Source: Acidobacteriota bacterium
GTDB taxonomy: Bacteria > Acidobacteriota > UBA890 > WLXD01
DNA: 64,000 nucleotides
Assembly: GCA_965248695.1 (NCBI GenBank)
Contig: CBDFKD010000002.1
Span: 3,776,001-3,840,000, forward strand
Direction: 5' to 3'
The position numbers and the translations under genes are program-made. The notes under the pieces are model-generated. The model saw only the letters and a list, made by a program, of their open reading frames with translations, was not told the DNA's origin and did not search any database. Each line of letters opens with the position of its first letter. The stretch's first letter is position 1. Positions 59,019 through 64,000 of the stretch are shown in pieces.

Positions 59019-59570
59019 CTAGCCGAGGTTGTCTTGCACCCCCGGGCTGGCCTTCGAGTAATCCTGCATTCCCTTCACCAACAAGTATGCACCCACGGCT
59101 AGCGGCAGTACCGGCCACCAGCTCTCGATCCATTCGAGCGAGTAGCCGAACAGCGTGTGCGACAAGGCCAGCGCGCCGAACGTCACCAGGATTCCACCGC
59201 CGACGATCGAGCCGCCCATCGCCGGCATCTGGAAATCTTCCGGTAGCTCGATTTTCTCGGTTCCGGTCGCAGCGTGGTTATAAAGCGCCGCCAGGCGGCC
59301 GGCGTCGATGACGTTGAACAGCCAGAAGAAGAACGTCGCGAACCCGGGCATCGGTTCGAGGCTATTGGGCGCGTTGTTCGCGACGGTGAGGAGCATCAAG
59401 AACACACCTCCCAACACGAAGCCACGCGTGTAGTAGCCGATGTAGATTTGACCGAGCCCCGGGGCGACGGACAGGAGCGCCGCCATGCGGGGTGACTTGC
59501 GTCGCGGATCGAAAAGTTGCCGTGCAGCGTACTGCTGCGGCTGCTCAAGCTGAGGCGTCGATGGTTCCAT
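59019..59570 (-). CDS. Membrane protein of the ECF cluster (TM2/LiaF-like segments)
   Basis: KSP.MAALLS..PGLGQIY.G; C-terminal WWPV....G..L; co-oriented with the anti-sigma gene. Confidence 0.7.
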   Translation of the reverse strand: MEPSTPQLEQPQQYAARQLFDPRRKSPRMAALLSVAPGLGQIYIGYYTRGFVLGGVFLMLLTVANNAPNSLEPMPGFATFFFWLFNVIDAGRLAALYNHAATGTEKIELPEDFQMPAMGGSIVGGGILVTFGALALSHTLFGYSLEWIESWWPVLPLAVGAYLLVKGMQDYSKASPGVQDNLG

Positions 59571-60495
59571 CGTTCTGCTCTCTTGTCTGCTCACCGGGAT
59601 CGGCCAACCCCAGCACCCGTAGGCGCAGGCGCTGCATCGACTCGATGATCGGGTTCACATGATCTCGCCAGGTCGTGGCGATTCGGTCTTCGCTGGCGCG
59701 TCGCCAGCATCGGGCAAAGTCAGACAGGGTCGAGGCAGTGCCGCGCCCTGAGTCACAAACGTCGACATAGTCGACAAGCCGCTGCGCAGACTCCGTCCAC
59801 CTGCGCCCGCCGACAGCGGTCAACTGGTACGCCCCCGCAGCTACCGTCTGCCGCATCTCGACGCCCTGCTGCTCGAGCTCGGTCAGCAGGCGCGGCGGCA
59901 GCTCGGCCAGAGGAGCACCGGGGAAGCCGACGAACAGAAACAACGCGAAGGTCCCCGCGTAGGCGCCCTCCAACGCTAACCGGGGCCGTCGCGCGAACGC
60001 CTCCCACACCGATCCGCGCGCCGATGCCCCTGACCCCGACCACCAGCGAGACCATGCGCGCCCGAGCCCGGAACTCGTGGTCTTCGTCACAGTTGCGGTC
60101 ATCACCTCGGTGACGAAATCACCGTCCGGCTGTAGATCAGCCAGCTGCGGCAACTCGAGCCTCAGGCGCTCGAGCGCACGCGACAGTCCGCGACAGTCGA
60201 GACAGTTCGCCAGGTGCGTCTCCAGGGCGTCGTCTGCCTCGAACAGGGCGGCGCCGGCTCGTTCGGAGCACAGCTGCTGCGCGCGGCCACAGGGACTTCC
60301 CGAAGTTGCCGCCAGGATCGCCGCTGCCAGGTCGGCCGGCGCGACCGCGGAGGCATGCCCTTCGAGCACCGCCGCCTGCAGCGCTCGACACTCACGGCAG
60401 TCCGAGGCATGGGCTCGCATCGGCTCTCGCTCGGCACCGTCAAGGGTCCCCTCGAGCTGCTCGAACAACGCCTCTTCGAAGCGTGCGCAGTCCAT
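59545..60495 (-). CDS. Zinc-finger (zf-HC2) anti-sigma factor
   Basis: C...HASDCREC and a second C...HLANCLDC motif, then a TM segment; directly downstream of the ECF sigma gene. Confidence 0.8.
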   Translation of the reverse strand: MDCARFEEALFEQLEGTLDGAEREPMRAHASDCRECRALQAAVLEGHASAVAPADLAAAILAATSGSPCGRAQQLCSERAGAALFEADDALETHLANCLDCRGLSRALERLRLELPQLADLQPDGDFVTEVMTATVTKTTSSGLGRAWSRWWSGSGASARGSVWEAFARRPRLALEGAYAGTFALFLFVGFPGAPLAELPPRLLTELEQQGVEMRQTVAAGAYQLTAVGGRRWTESAQRLVDYVDVCDSGRGTASTLSDFARCWRRASEDRIATTWRDHVNPIIESMQRLRLRVLGLADPGEQTREQNDGTIDASA

Positions 60496-60498
60496 CGG

Positions 60499-61059
60499 TC
60501 AGATCCCGAACGACGGGTCGAGCTCGAGCATGCGGCGGGCGAGCTCGAGTCGGGCCCGGTTGGCTCTCGCCTTGACGGTGCCGAGCGGAATCGAAAGCAG
60601 GTCGGATATCTCGCGTTGCTTGAGGCCCTGGATCTCCTTCAGAAGGATCATCTCTCGATTGATCGGGCTCATCTGGTCGATCGCCCGGCGCATGGTTTCG
60701 TGTCGCTCGCCGGTGATGCTGGCGGCTTCGGGGCCGGGCGCGTGGTCCGGGCCGGCCGGCCGGTCGTCGATCGGCGTACCGTCGAGCGCCGGTCGCGCCT
60801 TGAGGTGACGCAGCCGGTCGATGCTTGCGTTGCGGGCGATGCGGACGGCCCAGGCGAGGAAGCTGCCGCCTCGATCGAAACTCGCGAGGCCCTTGTAGAT
60901 GTGGACGAAGGTCTCCTGGGCGACATCGCGCGCCTCTTCGCGATCGTGAAGGTAGTGGTAGGCCACGGCAAACACCCGCCCCTGAAAGCGACGCACCAGC
61001 GCCTCCCAGGCGAGCTCGTCGCCTCCCCGGCAGCGCGCGATCAGCGTCTCGAGTTCCAA
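60499..61059 (-). CDS. ECF RNA polymerase sigma factor
   Basis: GD..AW..LV, A.DVAQETF, F.AW..RIARN..ID, EI...L.IP.GTVK.R..RAR. Confidence 0.93.
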   Translation of the reverse strand: MELETLIARCRGGDELAWEALVRRFQGRVFAVAYHYLHDREEARDVAQETFVHIYKGLASFDRGGSFLAWAVRIARNASIDRLRHLKARPALDGTPIDDRPAGPDHAPGPEAASITGERHETMRRAIDQMSPINREMILLKEIQGLKQREISDLLSIPLGTVKARANRARLELARRMLELDPSFGI

Positions 61060-61133
61060 GCAGTCCCTTTCGCGTTGGTCGAGCGCGGCCGCCTCGAGCC
61101 CCTGCCGCCGTCACTCGTGTTTCTCAGCAGCAC

Positions 61134-61158
61134 TAACGAAACATCGCCGAAAAGGTTC
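61134..61158 (-). promoter_or_regulatory. Putative ECF-type autoregulatory promoter
   Basis: GAACC-N15-CGTTA, i.e. AAC-N16-CGT, about 75 nt upstream of the sigma start. Confidence 0.5.
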
Positions 61159-61329
61159 GGTCGACGGCGACTCGCCATGGCGAGTCGCCCCTTGACCGGC
61201 GGTCACCCGCCAGGCGTCGCCACTGCGGGGTTTCTGTTTGGCGGCTGGGACGCTAGCGTAGCAACCGGGTACTACGGAGACGAAACCGCGACAGGATCCA
61301 GACTGAGCGTCGCTCAATCGGAGGGCACA

Positions 61330-62562
61330 ATGCGTCGAGCCAATCTAGCGTTGCTGCTGCTCCTCGTCCTGGCGCTCAGCGCGGCGGCGCTCGCGGTGCT
61401 GCCGTCAGCGGCGAACAATCCCTTCGAGGAGCAGACGGCCGCGGGCATCGAGCGCCTGTTCCTGCTGAGATCCTGGGCGCCTGCCATAACGCTGGCGCTG
61501 GCGGCAGGGGCTCTGTTGCTTACCAGCGGCGTCTGGGCGCTCTCGACCTCCTGGGCGGCGCGCGGCACCTCGGCGATCGCCCTGGTGCTCACGGTGGCAG
61601 CGGCATTCTTCGCCCGGGAGCACATGATCGAGTGGATGTTCGCGCCGATCGAGACGGTCGACTTCGTCGGCAGGTCCGAGGCAACGCATGTGGCGGACGA
61701 CGACATGGTCCTGGGTGTCGCGGTCGGCGGCGAGGCGCGAGCCTATCCCGTCTTGATGACCGCCTACTACCACATCGTCAACGACGAGCTCGGCGAAGAG
61801 CCTTACGTCGTCACCTACTGAACCCTCTGCCACACCGGTCTGGTGTGGCGTTCTCGGCTCAACGGTCGCACCCTCCGTTTCCGGCTGGTGGGCATCAACA
61901 ACCAGAACTTCATCATGGAGGACGAGGAAACCGGCACCTGGTGGCAGCAAATCACCGGCGAAGCGTTGCACGGTCCGCTGGCGGGTGAGCGTCTCGAGCC
62001 CATGCCCTTCGAGATGGTGAGCATGGCGATCTGGCGCACAGAGCATCCCGACAGTGGCGTGCTCGCCATCGAGCAAGACCATCTCGACGATTACGCACCG
62101 GAGGACTGGGTCGCCGAGATGCAGGCCGATACCCCCGTCCCCGACGGTTTGACGCCGGACGGCCAGCTGGCGCCACGCGCGCTGGTGGTCGGCGTCGAGA
62201 TCGACGGCCGTGCCATGGCCTATCCGCTCGACATGGTCGCCGCACAGACACCGGTCCTGGACCAGGTCGGCGACGTGCCGCTGCTGGTAGCGGTGGCCGA
62301 GGACGGCCGGTCGGTGCGCGTGTTCGATCGTCGTCTCGATGAGACCGTGCTCGAGCTGTATGCCCGTACAGACGCGGTCGCACCGTCTCTGATCGACGCC
62401 GCCACCGGTTCAGAATTCGATTTCACCGGATTGGGGCGCTCCGGCCCCCATGCAGGCCGCCGGCTGGATCGGATCGACGCGATCACGGAATTCTGGTTCG
62501 ACTGGCACAACTATCATCCCGAGACCTGGGTGTACCAGGCAGGCGAGCTCCCCAGCAGGTGA
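61330..62562 (+). CDS. DUF3179-domain selenoprotein, UxxC motif (UGA at 61819-61821), with N-terminal TM region
   Basis: The two flanking ORFs are in frame. ARAYP...YHIVND.....YVVTY-U-TLCHTG matches the family's VTYCxxC motif; continues D.ETGTWWQQ.TG....GPL.G and FWFDW...HPET. Confidence 0.9.
61829..61849 (+). promoter_or_regulatory. Putative SECIS hairpin
   Basis: Perfect 8-bp stem GCCACACC/GGTGTGGC with GGTCT loop, 7 nt after the UGA; the loop resembles the E. coli fdhF SECIS apex. Confidence 0.7.
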
Positions 62563-62663
62563 GGATCTGACCGTCCACCGGTTACCGCTAGTGTCGCGTA
62601 CTGCTGTACTCTCACGACCGGCGGAAGCTGTACTGGTGGATCGAACTTTCAGGAGGCTAGGAG

Positions 62664-63158
62664 ATGTTCTCGACGACGAGTGGTTCTCGGCGCGGCGGGC
62701 GAGCTGCGGGTGCGGCGATCATGCCGCTGCTGATTCTGGGGTTAGCAGCTTGTGGCGGCGCGGGCGACAGCACACCGGAGGCTGCGGAACCACCTGCGGC
62801 CGAAGAACCCAGCCCGGCGCCACAGGTCTTCTTTGCCGCACCGGCTGAGGGCAGCACGGTTCAGGCGCCGGTGCGCATGGAGTTCGGCGCCGAGCACTTC
62901 ACCATCGAGCCGGTCGGCGATGGCGACATTCATGCCGGCGCCGGTCACATGCACATCGGCATCGACACGGAGTGCCTGCCCGCCGGCACGGTGATTCCGA
63001 CCGCCAGCCCCTGGGTCCACTTCGGCGACGGATCGATGCAGATCGATGTCGATCTGACGCCAGGAGAGCACACCATCGTGCTGCAGATCGGCGACGGCGA
63101 GCACCGGACCATCGATGAGCCCGGGCTCTGCAACTCGGTTACTTTCAACGTCGAATAA
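62664..63158 (+). CDS. DUF4399-domain lipoprotein
   Basis: Lipobox LAAC; VFF..P..G.TV, GHMHI, HFGDG, LTPGEHT..LQ.GD..H. Start may be 62721. Confidence 0.8.
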   Translation: MFSTTSGSRRGGRAAGAAIMPLLILGLAACGGAGDSTPEAAEPPAAEEPSPAPQVFFAAPAEGSTVQAPVRMEFGAEHFTIEPVGDGDIHAGAGHMHIGIDTECLPAGTVIPTASPWVHFGDGSMQIDVDLTPGEHTIVLQIGDGEHRTIDEPGLCNSVTFNVE

Positions 63159-63200
63159 CGTCTCGGCGGGAGGCTCGTTCGGCGTGGCCGAACGTCCTGG

Positions 63201-63290
63201 ATGATCGCGGTCAGCGGACTTGGCTACACGTACGCCGGGACCACGGAACCGGCTGTATCGGGCGCCGATTTCCGGATCGCCGACGGCGAT
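63201..63290 (+). pseudogene. 5' stub of ABC transporter ATP-binding gene interrupted by IS3
   Basis: MIAVSGLGYTYAGTTEPAVSGADFRIADGD ends exactly at the IS TIR, before the Walker A motif. Confidence 0.65.
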
Positions 63291-64000
63291 TGACCTGACC
63301 CCGCGGTTAGTACCATGTCTTATCTCAGTAACTCGGTGCTGACAAGAGGTTGTTGAGGCCGGCGAAGCGGAGCGCAGCCGGCTTCAACAACGTCGCTTCG
63401 GGTGCGGGCGGCCGATAGCTCAGCGAGCTGTGCGGTCGCATGCGGTTGTAGTGCTGACGCCATCTCTCGATCAGAACCTTTGCCTCCTTGAGCGTGTAGA
63501 AGATCTCTCCATCCAGCAGCTCGTCGCGTAGCTTGCCGTTGAAGCTCTCCACGTAACCGTTCTCCCACGGCGAGCCCGGCTCGATGAACAGCGTCCCCAC
63601 GCCCAACCGGCCCAGCCAGTCGCGAACCGCCTCGGCGGTGAACTCTGGTCCGTTATCCGACCGGATGTGCTCAGGTATGCCCCGGTGTACGAACAACCTC
63701 CCGAGCTGCTCCAGCACGTCCTCAGAGTTGAGCTTCCGTGCTACATGGATCGCCAGGCTTTCTCGTGTGTACTCATCGACGATCGTCAGCAGCCTCATAG
63801 CCCGACCGTCGTGCGTCCGGTGGTGCAGGAAGTCATACGCCCAGACATGATCCCGGTGCTGTGGGCGCAGCCGGATGCAGGAGCCATCGCTCAGCCACAG
63901 CCGTGCTCGTTTGGGCTGTTTTCTCGGTACTTTCAGCCCTTCGCGCCGCCAGATACGCTGCACTCGTTTGTGGTTCACGGACCAGCCCTCCATGCGCAGC
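63291..64000 (-). mobile_element. Second IS3-family element, partial (orfB 3' part 63325-64000)
   Basis: TIR TGACCTGACCCC at 63291; orfB is similar to but diverged from the 57-58 kb copy. Confidence 0.9.

Noticed and set aside
2956-60808. Many long antisense or alternate-frame ORFs (e.g. 3117-4607, 34883-36307, 39990-41273)
   Set aside because: They are shadows of real genes in high-GC DNA, with Arg/Pro/Ala-rich composition and no motifs.

Overview
GC-rich bacterial DNA. The gene content (Oar-type TonB receptor, ASPIC/UnbV, sulfatase-TPR and DUF5916 proteins) suggests a diderm, probably Acidobacteriota-like organism; this is inference. The first 38 kb is mostly intact metabolism: the end of frdBCD, a peroxiredoxin-like selenoprotein, greB, a desaturase plus DEAD-box helicase, an ATP-grasp/GNAT pair, a peptide/amine catabolic operon, a split cobalamin methyltransferase system (MttB, corrinoid protein, pterin-binding methyltransferase, RamA/RACo-type activator) with a MITE between two of its genes, a PGM1-like ligase, and a Tat-exported PaoABC-like molybdoenzyme with a cytochrome b. 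The 38-64 kb part is a rearranged accessory region with integrase, phage and IS remnants and several gene fragments. It also holds an intact module of a TonB receptor, a Tat-signal Rieske oxygenase, an SpdH-like flavoprotein and tatA, then a cold-shock protein gene, an ECF sigma/anti-sigma cluster and a second selenoprotein (DUF3179). Best candidates for new biology: (1) an apparently periplasmic Rieske oxygenase with no adjacent reductase, paired with a Tat flavo-haem dehydrogenase; (2) poly-Arg C-terminal tails on all three partners of a very acidic corrinoid protein; (3) two UGA-readthrough selenoproteins that the ORF track splits. All family calls come from motif recognition by eye, not database searches.
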